Shown: positions 17,868 to 28,516, numbered from the stretch's first letter. The stretch: DNA of 45,689 nucleotides from Desulfobacterales bacterium (GCA_046483495.1 JAWODC010000072.1:1-45689), one strand, 5' to 3'. The notes: generated by a model from the letters alone, not told the origin. Program-made: numbers and translations.

Positions 17868-20800
17868 TTACTCACCTCCTGATGATGCTTTCTTTGTCAT
17901 AAGTGAAACAGGCTCACGATAATCCTTTTTGCTTTTCAGCCCCCATCCTTTCCATAGACCGTAAATCGCCGGCACCACAATCAAGGTCAACACTGCAGCG
18001 CTGACCATTCCGCCTAACATGGGTGCTGCAATGCGTCTCATGACTTCCGACCCGGCACCATGGCTCCACATGATCGGCGCCAGTCCCGCCATAATGGTGG
18101 CCACCGTCATTATTTTGGGCCGAACCCGAAGCGCCGCTCCTTCCTCGATAGCCTTTTCGAGGTAGAGCAAGTTGAAATTTTCCCCGTACCGCGCCATGTA
18201 TTTTCGAAAAGAAAGATCCAGGTAAACCAACATGACGACGCCTGTTTCGGCAGCCACACCGGCTAAGGCAATAAAGCCGACTCCCGCCGCCACACTGAAG
18301 TCGTACCCTAAAATGTAAATAATCCAAAACCCGCCGGTGAGGGCGAAGGGAACGCTCAACATCACGATCAGCACTTCAGCGACATTTTTGAAGTTCAGAT
18401 ACAACAGCACAAAGATGATGACCAGTGTCATGGGAATAACGATCATCAAACGTTTTTTAGCCCGGACCATGTACTCGTATTGACCGCTCCACACCATGCT
18501 GTACCCCTCCGGCATATCGATTCGTTCCGATATAATCCTGCGGGCATCTTTTACGTACGTACCCACATCGATGCCGGCAATGTCGATAAACACCCATGCG
18601 TTTTTCCGGGCATTTTCACTTTTTATCATGGGAGCGCCTTTTTTAATGCGGATATCCGCCACTTGTGTGATGGGTATATGAGCGCCGGAAGGGGTGGGAA
18701 CCAGAATCCGCTGCAATTTCTCCGGTGTATCCCGAAACTCCGATCCGTACCGCAGGTTTATCGGATATCGCTTCAGCCCCTCCACCTTTTGCGTGATATT
18801 CATGCCGCCAAGAGCCGTCATGATGATGTCCTGGATATCGCCCGGGGTAAGGCCGAATCTGGCCGCTTCACGGCGTTTAATGGCAAAATCCAGAAAATTC
18901 CCGCCGGTCACCCGCTCTGCGTAAACACTGGCCGTGCCGGGAATCTCCCGCACGACGGCTTCCACCTGCTCTCCGATACGGTTCAACGCATCCAGGTCAT
19001 CCCCCATGAGCTTTATGCCGACCGGGGTTTTGATGCCCGTGGACAGCATGTCGATGCGGGTTTTAATCGGCATCGTCCAGGCGTTGGTCAGACCGGGAAA
19101 TTGAATAGCCTTGTCCAGCTGCGTTACCAGATTGTCCATGGTGATGCCGGGACGCCATTGCTCCTTCGGCTTTAGGGTGATGGTGGTTTCAATCATGGTC
19201 AGGGGCGCCGGGTCCGTGGCGGTTTCCGCCCGTCCGATTTTTCCGAAGACGTGCTCCACCTCCGGAAAGGATGCGATTATCCGGTCGGTCTGCTGCAGCA
19301 ATTCCTTGGCCTTGGTCACGGAAATGCCGGGCAGGGTCGTAGGCATGTACAGGAGATCCCCCTCGTTTAACGGCGGCATGAATTCGGAACCGGTCCTGGT
19401 GATGGGAATCAGGGTAAAGACCAGGAGAACCGCGGCAAGCACCACCACGATCCATTTGATGTTCAGGACCATCCGTATCACGGGTCGGTAAAGCCGGATT
19501 AACGTCCTGTTTATGGGATTATGTTGCTCCGGCCGGATTTTACCTCGGATCATATAGCCCATCAGTATGGGTACAATGGTCACGGACAGGATTGCCGATC
19601 CAAGCATGGCATAGGTCTTGGTGAACGCGAGAGGCTTGAACAGCCGCCCTTCCTGAGCCTGCAGCGTGAAAACCGGCAAAAAACTAACGGCGATGATCAG
19701 CAATGAAAAGAAGAGCGGCGGCCCGACTTCTTTTGCTGCATCCGTCACCAGCTCCCAGTGCGGTTTTTTGCCGCCGTGCATTTCGATATGCTTGTGGGCG
19801 TTTTCGATCATCACTATGGCTCCGTCGACCATAGTGCCGATTGCAATCGCAATGCCCCCCAGACTCATGATGTTTGCATTGATGCCCTGGCGTTCCATAA
19901 CAATGAAACTGATCAAAACGCCTAATGGCAAGGTTAAAATGCCTACAAGGGCACTTCTGAAATGAAATAGAAAGAGGATGCAGACCAAGGCGACGATCAT
20001 ACTTTCTTCGATCAGGGTCCGGGTGAGGTTATTGACAGCGCGATGGATCAGCCCGGATCGGTCATAAACGGGTGTAATGCTGACGCCTTCGGGCAGGCCG
20101 GATTCCAGGCGTTTCAGCCGCTCCTTCACCTTTTCAATCACGTGCAGTGCGTTTTCGCCGTATCGGATCACCACGATACCGCCTACGACTTCACCGGTTC
20201 CGTTGTAATCCGACAGCCCCCTTCGAAGTTCCGGCCCCAGTTTCACAACGGCGATATTCCTTAGCAGAATCGGTGTTCCTGTTTCATCCACGCCGACGGG
20301 TATATTATAGATATCATCAATGGTATCGATATATCCCAGACCCCGGACCATGAATTCGGTTTCCCCCATTTCCACCACCCTTCCGCCCACATCGGTATTG
20401 CTCCTGCCGATGGCGGCCTTCACTTTTTGGAGGGGAATCGAGTAGGCCAGCAATTTCACCGGATCTACGATCACCTGGTACTGCTTGACAAAACCGCCGA
20501 TGGAGGCAACTTCGGCAACCCCGGGCACAGTGGTGAGTTCGTAGCGCAAAAACCAATCCTGAATGGATCTCAGCTGCCCGAGGTCGTGATGTTCGCTTTC
20601 AAGAACGTACTCATATACCCAGCCGACACCGGTGGCATCCGGACCCAGGGACGGGGCAACCCCATCGGGAAGGCGGCCGGAAACGACATTTACATATTCC
20701 AGTACCCGGCTTCGTGCCCAGTACAGATCGGTGCCGTCTTCAAAAATGACATATACGAAGGATAACCCGAAAAACGAATAGCCCCGAACCACCTTGGCGA

Positions 20801-21032
20801 ACGGCACGGAGAGCATGGCCGTGGTCAGCGGGTAGGTCACCTGGTCCTCCACCACCTGGGGAGCCTGGCCCGGGTAGTCCGTCAAAATGATCACCTGGAC
20901 ATCGGACAGGTCCGGTATGGCGTCCAGTGGAATGCGCGATGCAGCGTACATTCCGCCGGCGATGGCCGACAGGATGAACAAAACGACAAGCATCCTGTTC
21001 TTCATGGATGTCTCTATAATTCTTGATATCAT
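17868..21032 (-). CDS. cusA: Cu(I)/Ag(I) efflux RND permease
   Basis: DAIPDLSDVQV, EDQVTYPL, GPDATGVGWVY; Met-triad contexts LLYMPT, PLTMIET, RIDMLST; RVRPKIMT. Confidence 0.95.
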   Translation of the reverse strand: MISRIIETSMKNRMLVVLFILSAIAGGMYAASRIPLDAIPDLSDVQVIILTDYPGQAPQVVEDQVTYPLTTAMLSVPFAKVVRGYSFFGLSFVYVIFEDGTDLYWARSRVLEYVNVVSGRLPDGVAPSLGPDATGVGWVYEYVLESEHHDLGQLRSIQDWFLRYELTTVPGVAEVASIGGFVKQYQVIVDPVKLLAYSIPLQKVKAAIGRSNTDVGGRVVEMGETEFMVRGLGYIDTIDDIYNIPVGVDETGTPILLRNIAVVKLGPELRRGLSDYNGTGEVVGGIVVIRYGENALHVIEKVKERLKRLESGLPEGVSITPVYDRSGLIHRAVNNLTRTLIEESMIVALVCILFLFHFRSALVGILTLPLGVLISFIVMERQGINANIMSLGGIAIAIGTMVDGAIVMIENAHKHIEMHGGKKPHWELVTDAAKEVGPPLFFSLLIIAVSFLPVFTLQAQEGRLFKPLAFTKTYAMLGSAILSVTIVPILMGYMIRGKIRPEQHNPINRTLIRLYRPVIRMVLNIKWIVVVLAAVLLVFTLIPITRTGSEFMPPLNEGDLLYMPTTLPGISVTKAKELLQQTDRIIASFPEVEHVFGKIGRAETATDPAPLTMIETTITLKPKEQWRPGITMDNLVTQLDKAIQFPGLTNAWTMPIKTRIDMLSTGIKTPVGIKLMGDDLDALNRIGEQVEAVVREIPGTASVYAERVTGGNFLDFAIKRREAARFGLTPGDIQDIIMTALGGMNITQKVEGLKRYPINLRYGSEFRDTPEKLQRILVPTPSGAHIPITQVADIRIKKGAPMIKSENARKNAWVFIDIAGIDVGTYVKDARRIISERIDMPEGYSMVWSGQYEYMVRAKKRLMIVIPMTLVIIFVLLYLNFKNVAEVLIVMLSVPFALTGGFWIIYILGYDFSVAAGVGFIALAGVAAETGVVMLVYLDLSFRKYMARYGENFNLLYLEKAIEEGAALRVRPKIMTVATIMAGLAPIMWSHGAGSEVMRRIAAPMLGGMVSAAVLTLIVVPAIYGLWKGWGLKSKKDYREPVSLMTKKASSGGE

Positions 21033-21057
21033 TGCAGTTTTCTTCCGGCCCCCCCGG

Positions 21058-22488
21058 CTACTCCACGCCGTTCATGGTAAGATTCGACATATCCAAATCC
21101 TCCGCTCCATCCTCCACGACCGTCGGTTCCGAAAGCGTATCACCGTTGGGGTTTTCTTGGCCGGCCTCGAGCATTTTTCCGATGGCTTCGCGGAGCCGGC
21201 TTTCCGAATCGAACATAAACTGGGCGGACGTGACGACTTTTTCTCCCTGCTTCAGGCCCTCAAGAACGTGAAAGGCATGGTTTTCGGTTTCCACCCCCAG
21301 GACAACCTCCCGGGGTTCGAATTTTCCATTTCCATGGGACACAAACACGATTTTTCGTACGCCGCTGTCGATGACCGCTTCCTGTGGAACGACCAACCCG
21401 GACTCTCCGAGTGCGGGGGTTAAGTCGACATTGACGTACATTCCGGGTTTCAGCAGGCCGTCCGGATTTGGAAACTCGAGCCGCAGCCGGGCGGTTCTCG
21501 TTTTTTCATTCAGGTAGGGGTAGATGTACTTTACCGTGCCGGTGAATCCTCTTCCCGGAATATACGAGAGGGTCATTTGCGCGGACATTCCCGGTTTTAC
21601 CCAGGGCATTTCGTATTCATAGATCTCCACATCCACCCATATGACCGACAAATCCGTAATTTCATACAGGGTTTCACCCGCCGTTACATAGGTCCCGAGC
21701 CGCGTATTTTTGCGGGTTACCACGCCGGAAGCCGGTGCATAAACGGTCATTGATTTGATAATGTTTCGGCGATTTTCGATCGCCTTCATCTGGCCGGGCG
21801 TCAAACCCCAAAGCTCGAGACGAATGCGGGAGGCTTTCAGCAAACGCTCGGCGCCGTCCCGAATGTCTCTGAAAGAGGATTCTTTCAATGTCTCGAACTG
21901 TTTCAGTGCGAGCAGGTATTCGTTTTGGGCGGTCACCAGCTCCGGGCTGTAAACCTGAAACAAGGGATCGTATCTGCGGACCGCTTTTCCGGTAAAATCC
22001 ACAAAGAGTGTTTCAATCCAGCCGGCATACTTGGTGTTGACTTCGGTTACGCGTGTTTCATCGTGTATCAACCGGCCGAAGGTCCGGATATGCTTGACGA
22101 GGGGTTTGCGTTGAACCACGGCCACGCGGACGCCCATGTTCTGAATAATGACCGGGTCGATGCGAATGGTGCCCGCCGACTCTGATCCTTCCCCGATTTC
22201 TTCGTATACCGGCACCAGGTCCATCCCCATGGGTGATTTTCCCGGCTCATTCCGAATATACGCCGGGTCCATAGGAGCCACCCAGTATTTGATGGTCTTG
22301 CCGGTTTCCGGATCTACCATGCCGGCCTTCAGTCCGGTTTCCGCGGCATGGACCTCGGATGCCGGATCGGCATCCGACATACGTTTATCTCGATGCGCCC
22401 CCGGCGGAGAGATGATGCCGTAGATCAAAAGGGCCGCCGCCAGAGCTGCGGTGATCAATCCAAGGATGATGATGCTGAACATTCTCAT
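21058..22488 (-). CDS. cusB: RND periplasmic adaptor with heavy-metal-binding motif
   Basis: YWVAPMDP...PGKSPMGMDLVP, YSPEL..AQNEYL, LKPGMY, AQFMFDSES. Confidence 0.9.
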   Translation of the reverse strand: MRMFSIIILGLITAALAAALLIYGIISPPGAHRDKRMSDADPASEVHAAETGLKAGMVDPETGKTIKYWVAPMDPAYIRNEPGKSPMGMDLVPVYEEIGEGSESAGTIRIDPVIIQNMGVRVAVVQRKPLVKHIRTFGRLIHDETRVTEVNTKYAGWIETLFVDFTGKAVRRYDPLFQVYSPELVTAQNEYLLALKQFETLKESSFRDIRDGAERLLKASRIRLELWGLTPGQMKAIENRRNIIKSMTVYAPASGVVTRKNTRLGTYVTAGETLYEITDLSVIWVDVEIYEYEMPWVKPGMSAQMTLSYIPGRGFTGTVKYIYPYLNEKTRTARLRLEFPNPDGLLKPGMYVNVDLTPALGESGLVVPQEAVIDSGVRKIVFVSHGNGKFEPREVVLGVETENHAFHVLEGLKQGEKVVTSAQFMFDSESRLREAIGKMLEAGQENPNGDTLSEPTVVEDGAEDLDMSNLTMNGVE

Positions 22489-23816
22489 GGGGTCTTCTCC
22501 AGGTTTTCGGAAATGTGAGCACGAATTACGGTACCGCCCACAATGTTTTCGAGAAAGGCGATCTGTTTGTACAATTCATACCGATACTTTTCCTGTTGGA
22601 TCTGAAATCGAAGCAAACGAAGCCGTGCGTTTATCATGGTGTTGAACTCGATCTCATCGACGCTGTAAGCGCTTTGTGCAGCCTGCGCCCACTGCCGGGC
22701 CTGCACCAGCAGGCCTTTTTCATACAAGTGATAGTTCCGGCGAATAAGGGCGATATGCTCGACCCGTGCATCAATTTCAAACGGAAGCGTATCGGCCTTT
22801 CCCCTGTAGGATGACTTCGCTGCATCGAGCATTCTTTTCGCCGCATCCAGGTGCGGCGCCTGTTTTCGGTGCTGCCGGATCGGGATGGTCACCATTACGG
22901 AAGCGGATAAGAAATCCGTGAGATCATTTCCCATTCGGTCCTTGTCACGCTGACCATAGGCCAATTTGACATCAAAATCCGGATAAAAATCTTTCCGGGC
23001 CAGTTCCACATCGACTTCAGCAATCCGGATAACCGCTTTACGGATTATAAGCTCAGGATTATGCTGCATGGCCTTTTGCCGCAGCCGGGCGGCATCCAGA
23101 ATCGGGCCGGGAAGCTCATTCGTGGTTATCGGAGGAATGTGCGTAAAATCTTCGCGGTTCAACAGGCTGTGCAACTCATTCGCCAGTGCATTTAGTTCTT
23201 GTCGAAGCACGATGTTCTCATCCAGCAGCCGGCTGAGTTCAACCTGCGCCTGGAGTACATCCTGCTGGAGTCCTTTTCCTACGGAATATCGCTTTTCAGT
23301 TCCTTCGAGCAGCCGTCGGGCCAATTCCATAAGCTGCTCGTTTATTTCTAACCGGCGGTTGGTAAATGCCCAGTCGTAGTACGTTTCGGCAATTTTCGTC
23401 GCCAACTCCCGTTTAAAGGCGTACAGGCCGGCTTTTTCTTTTACGGCCGCCGCCAATGCTTTCCGATGTTGAAGGGATAATTTTCCAGGCCAGGGAATCT
23501 TCTGTGAGATGGAAGCCTGTTTCTGTGTCATGGGTTCCTGTTGAAAGGAAAATGAATCCACAGGCAGGTTCACCACCCCAAAACCGATTCTGGGGTCGTC
23601 CGGCGCACCGGCTGCGCGGGCTTCTCTTTCCAGGCTTTCCACCCGGGCCGCCCGGCTCTCCAGGTCACTGTTACGCGCCATTCCTTCAGCGATAAGGTCC
23701 GTCACCGGGTCGGGAGGCCAGGCCCGAGCCTCCGCCGCTGATCGGCCGGCAAAAAATGCCGGCATCCCCAAGAGTATAGAAATCGCTAAAATCAAAATTT
23801 TGAAGTATGTCCTCAT
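22485..23816 (-). CDS. TolC-family outer membrane factor (CusC role)
   Basis: Signal peptide; SQKIPWPGKL; YSVGKG.QQDVLQAQ; first gene of the operon; GGAG RBS; alternative start 23852. Confidence 0.88.
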   Translation of the reverse strand: MRTYFKILILAISILLGMPAFFAGRSAAEARAWPPDPVTDLIAEGMARNSDLESRAARVESLEREARAAGAPDDPRIGFGVVNLPVDSFSFQQEPMTQKQASISQKIPWPGKLSLQHRKALAAAVKEKAGLYAFKRELATKIAETYYDWAFTNRRLEINEQLMELARRLLEGTEKRYSVGKGLQQDVLQAQVELSRLLDENIVLRQELNALANELHSLLNREDFTHIPPITTNELPGPILDAARLRQKAMQHNPELIIRKAVIRIAEVDVELARKDFYPDFDVKLAYGQRDKDRMGNDLTDFLSASVMVTIPIRQHRKQAPHLDAAKRMLDAAKSSYRGKADTLPFEIDARVEHIALIRRNYHLYEKGLLVQARQWAQAAQSAYSVDEIEFNTMINARLRLLRFQIQQEKYRYELYKQIAFLENIVGGTVIRAHISENLEKTP

Positions 23817-23857
23817 ATCCGCTCCCGATGGCTTTACCATCGTTTGCACCACACTCT

Positions 23858-23873
23858 AGCAATGGACGTGCCA
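23858..23873 (-). promoter_or_regulatory. Sigma-54 promoter for the cus operon
   Basis: Minus strand TGGCAC-GTCCA-TTGCT is an exact -24/-12 consensus, about 40 nt upstream of the TolC start. Confidence 0.85.
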
Positions 23874-23940
23874 TAGGCAATAACCCTCTGACATTATAAA
23901 AAAAAGAACAATTTGCTGAGAGAATTCCCTTTCGTTCAGG

Positions 23941-23996
23941 GCGCAAAAACAACGCAGTTGAGTCAGGATTGCCGGCAGGTGCGAAATAAATTTGCA
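23941..23996. promoter_or_regulatory. Putative enhancer sites for the adjacent sigma-54 activator
   Basis: Dyads GCGCAAAAACAACGCA (23941-23956) and TGCGAAATAAATTTGCA (23980-23996), separated from the promoter by an A-tract. Confidence 0.45.
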
Positions 23997-24043
23997 GATC
24001 AAGTGAAAAAATGGGATAAACGAGGAGCTATGGAGCAATATCA

Positions 24044-25489
24044 ATGAATACCGCTTACATGATGCGAAAGACGAGAAAACGGCCGTTATACCTGCCCGCA
24101 CTCTCTATCCTTGCCGTGGTCATTCTGCTGCTTGTATGGATTACATTTTCTACCTACCGTAATCTGAACCGGGACAGGAAAAGGACATTGACCTTCGTTC
24201 GGCAACAAGGGCTCACACTGCTGCATACACTGGAGTCGGGCATTCGGGCGGGGTTAAGATCCCCGGGTCCGCATGATGAATTCGTTCAGCGCCTCATCGA
24301 AGAGGCCGGAATAAACCGAACGATCGCCTACATTTACATATTCGATGAAAATGGACGTATTGTTAACCATTCATTGCCTCTTGCGGAGGGAGCAAAATCC
24401 GACTGGGACTCCCGGCTTACCGCCGCCGGAATCGCAGAGACCCGGTTGAAAATCCTTCCGGACGGATCACGGATATACGAATTCGCGACGATTTACACTC
24501 CTGGTAAGTTTTCCACGCAAGGTGCCAATGCACCGGTGAAACGTTCGAAGGCCCGGCAAAATTTGCATGGAGAGTGGGGCCTTGTGCTCGGCATGACTTT
24601 GAAGACATTCACCGAGGCGCGTCGTTCCGACTTGTACCATGCCGCGATCATGGCCGCCATTGTAATCTCCTTGGGGGCGGGGGCCCTTTTTTTCATTTAT
24701 GTGATTCAAACCTATTATATGGTGGATAGGACCCTTGAAGAAACCCGGGATTACACCAAACAGGTGGAAGAGCGGGCGCGCCGGTCGGAAAAGCTCGCCG
24801 CCGTGGGCAAGCTGGCCTCCGGCGTGGCTCATGAGATCCGAAATCCGTTAAGCTCCATCCGGGGATTTGCCCAACATTTGAGCCTATCTCTCGCCGACCG
24901 TCCACTGGAAAAAGAATACGCGGACATTATGGTCAAAGAAGTCGACCGGATAAACAACGTGGTCAGCGACCTGTTGACCCTGTCCCGTCCATCGGCGCCT
25001 GAAATCGACTGGGTGGATATCGACGGGCTCGTATCCCATGCCCTGAGGCTTATTGAAGATGATGCGCAGGCTCGGAACATCGAAATACACAAACATATCC
25101 CTCCTGGAACAGCTCCGGTGCCGATCGATGCCAATCAGATGACACAGGTGCTGCTGAACCTTTTGCTGAATGCCCTTCAGGCCGTCGATGCCGACGGCGA
25201 AATTTCCATCGGCTGTCATACCGATAAGCCATCCGGCACCGTTTACCTCTGGGTGGAGGACAACGGCCCCGGCATTCCGGCGGAATTGGGGGAGAAAATA
25301 TTCGATCCATTCGTGACGACGCGGGAAGAGGGCAATGGACTCGGGCTGACCATTGTCCGCACCATTCTGGAAAATCATTTGGGAGACATCCATGTGGCCT
25401 CACCGCCGCCGGGAAAAACAAACGGCAGCCGGTTTACCCTGGCTTTTCCGATGAAGGGTGTCCATCCGGAAAACCGGGAGGTCACATGA
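24044..25489 (+). CDS. Sensor histidine kinase (ZraS/HydH-like)
   Basis: Two TM segments; H-box AHEIRNPL; NLLLNA, DNGPG, FDPF, GLGL. Confidence 0.92.
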   Translation: MNTAYMMRKTRKRPLYLPALSILAVVILLLVWITFSTYRNLNRDRKRTLTFVRQQGLTLLHTLESGIRAGLRSPGPHDEFVQRLIEEAGINRTIAYIYIFDENGRIVNHSLPLAEGAKSDWDSRLTAAGIAETRLKILPDGSRIYEFATIYTPGKFSTQGANAPVKRSKARQNLHGEWGLVLGMTLKTFTEARRSDLYHAAIMAAIVISLGAGALFFIYVIQTYYMVDRTLEETRDYTKQVEERARRSEKLAAVGKLASGVAHEIRNPLSSIRGFAQHLSLSLADRPLEKEYADIMVKEVDRINNVVSDLLTLSRPSAPEIDWVDIDGLVSHALRLIEDDAQARNIEIHKHIPPGTAPVPIDANQMTQVLLNLLLNALQAVDADGEISIGCHTDKPSGTVYLWVEDNGPGIPAELGEKIFDPFVTTREEGNGLGLTIVRTILENHLGDIHVASPPPGKTNGSRFTLAFPMKGVHPENREVT

Positions 25490-26853
25490 CGCTTCACAGC
25501 CATATCCTGGTGGTAGACGACGATGCTTCCCATCGGCGAATGCTCAATGCCGTGCTTTCAGCAGCCGGCTATCGCATCACGGAATCCGAGAGCGGCGAAG
25601 ATGCCGTAAAGAAGGTTGAAAAGCATTATTTCGATCTCGTGCTGATGGACATCCGCATGCGGAAAATGAGCGGCATTGAGGCATTGAAAAACATCAAGGC
25701 GCTCAGCCCGGGCATTCCGATTGTGATCATGACCGCCTATGCATCGGTTGGAACAGCCGTAGAGGCGCTGAAATCCGGAGCTTATGACTACCTGTCGAAA
25801 CCGCTGGATATCGAAGAGCTCAAGATGCTGGTGGAAAAGGCACTGAATCACTACCGGCTTCAGGAAGAAAACAGGCTCATGAAGGAACGCCTGGATGAGC
25901 GGTTTAATTTTTCCAGCATCATCGGTAAAAGCCGGGCCATGCAGGATTTGTTCGAAACCATGGCACGAATTGCACCGACGGATGCGACGGTTCTGATCAC
26001 GGGTGAAAGCGGAACCGGCAAGGAACTGATCGCAAATGCCGTTCATCAGAACAGCCCGCGGCACGATCATCCGTTTATCACCGTCAACTGTGCGGCATTG
26101 CCTGAAAACCTGCTGGAAAGTGAATTGTTCGGCCATGTCAAAGGGGCGTTTACCGGGGCCGACAGCCACCGTAAGGGCCGTTTTCATCTGGCCGACACAG
26201 GATCGGTTTTTTTGGACGAGATCGGGGAAATGCCAAAAATCATCCAAACCAAAATACTCCGCGTTCTGCAGGAAGGGGAGTTCGAGCCGGTGGGCAGCTC
26301 ACATACCATGAAAATAAACGCACGGGTGATCGCCGCCACGAATAAAAACCTGGAGGAAGAGGTCCGAAAGGGGAACTTCCGGAAAGACCTTTACTATCGG
26401 CTCAATGTGGTCAATCTTGCCATCGCGCCTCTTCGTGAACGACGGGAAGATATCCCCCTTCTGGTGAATCATTTCTTAAAAAAATTTTCCGAGAAAAACA
26501 GGCGCCTGATCAAGGGAATCAGCCCCCGGGCCATGGATGTGATCATGCGTCACCCGTGGCCGGGAAACGTGCGTGAACTTGAAAATGTCATGGAACGCTC
26601 GGTGATTCTGTCCAGAGGGGACATTATTACACCGGATGAATTCCCGGCATCGATGACAGCGGCTGAAACGTCTGATTCCGCTCCTGCAGACGAAGGCATA
26701 TTTCCGGGTATGCCGTTAAAGGAAATGGAAAAGCAGATGATCATCAAGACGCTCGAAGATAACGGCGGAAACCGCACCCGCACCGCCGAACTTCTCGGCA
26801 TAAGCAGGCGCACCTTGCAGTTGAAGCTGAAGGAATACGGCATCAACGCTTAA
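25486..26853 (+). CDS. Sigma-54-dependent response regulator (ZraR/NtrC family)
   Basis: REC (VVDDD, MDIRM), GESGTGKE, GAFTGA, FLDEIGE, WPGNVREL, Fis-type HTH; 4-nt overlap with the kinase gene. Confidence 0.95.
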   Translation: MTLHSHILVVDDDASHRRMLNAVLSAAGYRITESESGEDAVKKVEKHYFDLVLMDIRMRKMSGIEALKNIKALSPGIPIVIMTAYASVGTAVEALKSGAYDYLSKPLDIEELKMLVEKALNHYRLQEENRLMKERLDERFNFSSIIGKSRAMQDLFETMARIAPTDATVLITGESGTGKELIANAVHQNSPRHDHPFITVNCAALPENLLESELFGHVKGAFTGADSHRKGRFHLADTGSVFLDEIGEMPKIIQTKILRVLQEGEFEPVGSSHTMKINARVIAATNKNLEEEVRKGNFRKDLYYRLNVVNLAIAPLRERREDIPLLVNHFLKKFSEKNRRLIKGISPRAMDVIMRHPWPGNVRELENVMERSVILSRGDIITPDEFPASMTAAETSDSAPADEGIFPGMPLKEMEKQMIIKTLEDNGGNRTRTAELLGISRRTLQLKLKEYGINA

Positions 26854-26965
26854 CCCTGCCGGTCCTTCAGTGTTATCTGCTTTAATGGATAAAACTCCCG
26901 CGTCACCGTTACAGATTTTTTGTTATCGCTTTTCAGGAAGCACCCCATACCATTTCTTCAGCGCA

Positions 26966-27352
26966 TCACATAGTGTAAACAAATCGTTTGGACCGGAAAA
27001 TGGTTTTGACCTCCACCAGCTCAACGGTGGTTCCGTCCGGGTCGCGGATGTAGGCGGCAAATCCCTTTGAGCCCGTCCCCATGTTCATCATTACCGGCGG
27101 CAGGTAAATATCCATACCCTTTCCTTCCATTTCGGCCACCGTACCCTGCAGTTCGCTGACATCGAAACAGAGTTCCATGCATCCCACATCGCCCCAGGCC
27201 CGTCCGTCATAGATGTGGCGGCCGCCGCCCTCGATGTAGATAAGTTTTATCGTCCCGCTCGGCAGGAGTCCGGCCATCGGACCCGCGGCATCCGCGGACC
27301 GTCCGGTCGCGATACATGTTTTTAAAACCCTGGTTACGGGTTCTTCAAGCAA
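26966..27352 (-). pseudogene. VOC/glyoxalase-family fragment, probably 5'-truncated
   Basis: C-terminal VOC motifs ELCFDV and YIRDPDGTTVELVE; N-terminus lacks a recognisable VOC start and a clear RBS. Confidence 0.5.
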
Positions 27353-28361
27353 GATGGCCTTCGGGATTCAGAATCGCCTCGAGCTTGAGAAGGTTGTCAT
27401 CTTCTCCGACTGCGATCACCGTGTCGCCGGGGGTTATGACGGCCTCAGGGGGTGGATTGAACATCATGTCGCCTTGTGCCTTTTTGATGGCGATGATGAT
27501 GAGGTGGAAGTTCTGGCGGATTCCCGAATCCTTCAACGTGACATTCGCCAGTGGTGAAGCCGCATGAACCGGAATTTCTTCCATTTGGATGCCGTTTCTT
27601 CTGCTGGTGAATGTCAGGTCGACAAAGTTGGTGACCGTGGGTCTCATGATCCGCTGGGCCATTTTTTGTGCCCCCATGTCATAAGGGGATTCCACGTGGG
27701 TGGCGCCTGCGGCCCGAAGCTTGGAAACGGCTTCGCTCGAGCTCGCCCGTGCGATAATATACAGTTCCGGTGCGAGTTCCCTTGCCGTAAGAGCGAGGTA
27801 AACGTTATCCATGTCGGTTGCAAGCGCCGCCACAAGCCCCTTTGCCCTTTTGATTCCGGCCTTGAGCAAAACATCCTCGTCGGATGCGTTCCCGACGATG
27901 TAGAGGACTTTATCCTGCTCCATGACAGGAACTATATCGCTGTTCTTTTCGATGATCACCACGCTGATCGGTTTTCGCCGGACCATGCTCTGGCAAAGCA
28001 CCCGGCCGATCCGGCCATATCCGCATACAATGTAATGATCTTTCAGGTTGCTGATTTGCTTGTCCAACCTTCTCCTCCCCATGATCTCCCGGATCTGACC
28101 TTCCACCATGAATTGAACGATAGCTCCGGCCACATACAACGTAAAACCCACGCCTGAAAAAATAAAGATGATGGTGAAGAGTCTACCAAGGTTGCTGATA
28201 TTATGAACTTCCTTATAACCGACCGTTGCCACGGTTATCACGGCCATATACAGCGCATCTAAAAAAGTCCAGCCTTCTATCGCCATGTACCCGAAGGTGC
28301 CCAAAAGAATAACTATCGCCGACAGGGACAGCGAAACTTTAATTTGTTTTGCACTGTTCAT
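27345..28361 (-). CDS. Potassium channel protein (2TM pore + RCK_N + RCK_C)
   Basis: DALYMAVITVATVGY pore helix; CGYGRIG; GNASDEDVL..AGI; C-terminal NPPPEAVI.PGD. Confidence 0.92.
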   Translation of the reverse strand: MNSAKQIKVSLSLSAIVILLGTFGYMAIEGWTFLDALYMAVITVATVGYKEVHNISNLGRLFTIIFIFSGVGFTLYVAGAIVQFMVEGQIREIMGRRRLDKQISNLKDHYIVCGYGRIGRVLCQSMVRRKPISVVIIEKNSDIVPVMEQDKVLYIVGNASDEDVLLKAGIKRAKGLVAALATDMDNVYLALTARELAPELYIIARASSSEAVSKLRAAGATHVESPYDMGAQKMAQRIMRPTVTNFVDLTFTSRRNGIQMEEIPVHAASPLANVTLKDSGIRQNFHLIIIAIKKAQGDMMFNPPPEAVITPGDTVIAVGEDDNLLKLEAILNPEGHLA

Positions 28362-28516
28362 GGTTGACTACCGGGAACACGTTCAAACCAATAAGGATCT
28401 GATAAAATGACGTTTCTGAACAGCCCTTCATTATCACCGAACATTCGAGTAATCAACGTAAAAGCGAGCGCACTTCGGACAGCGTCTAAACCGCTGCAGC
28501 AGGGCAACTTCTCGTT

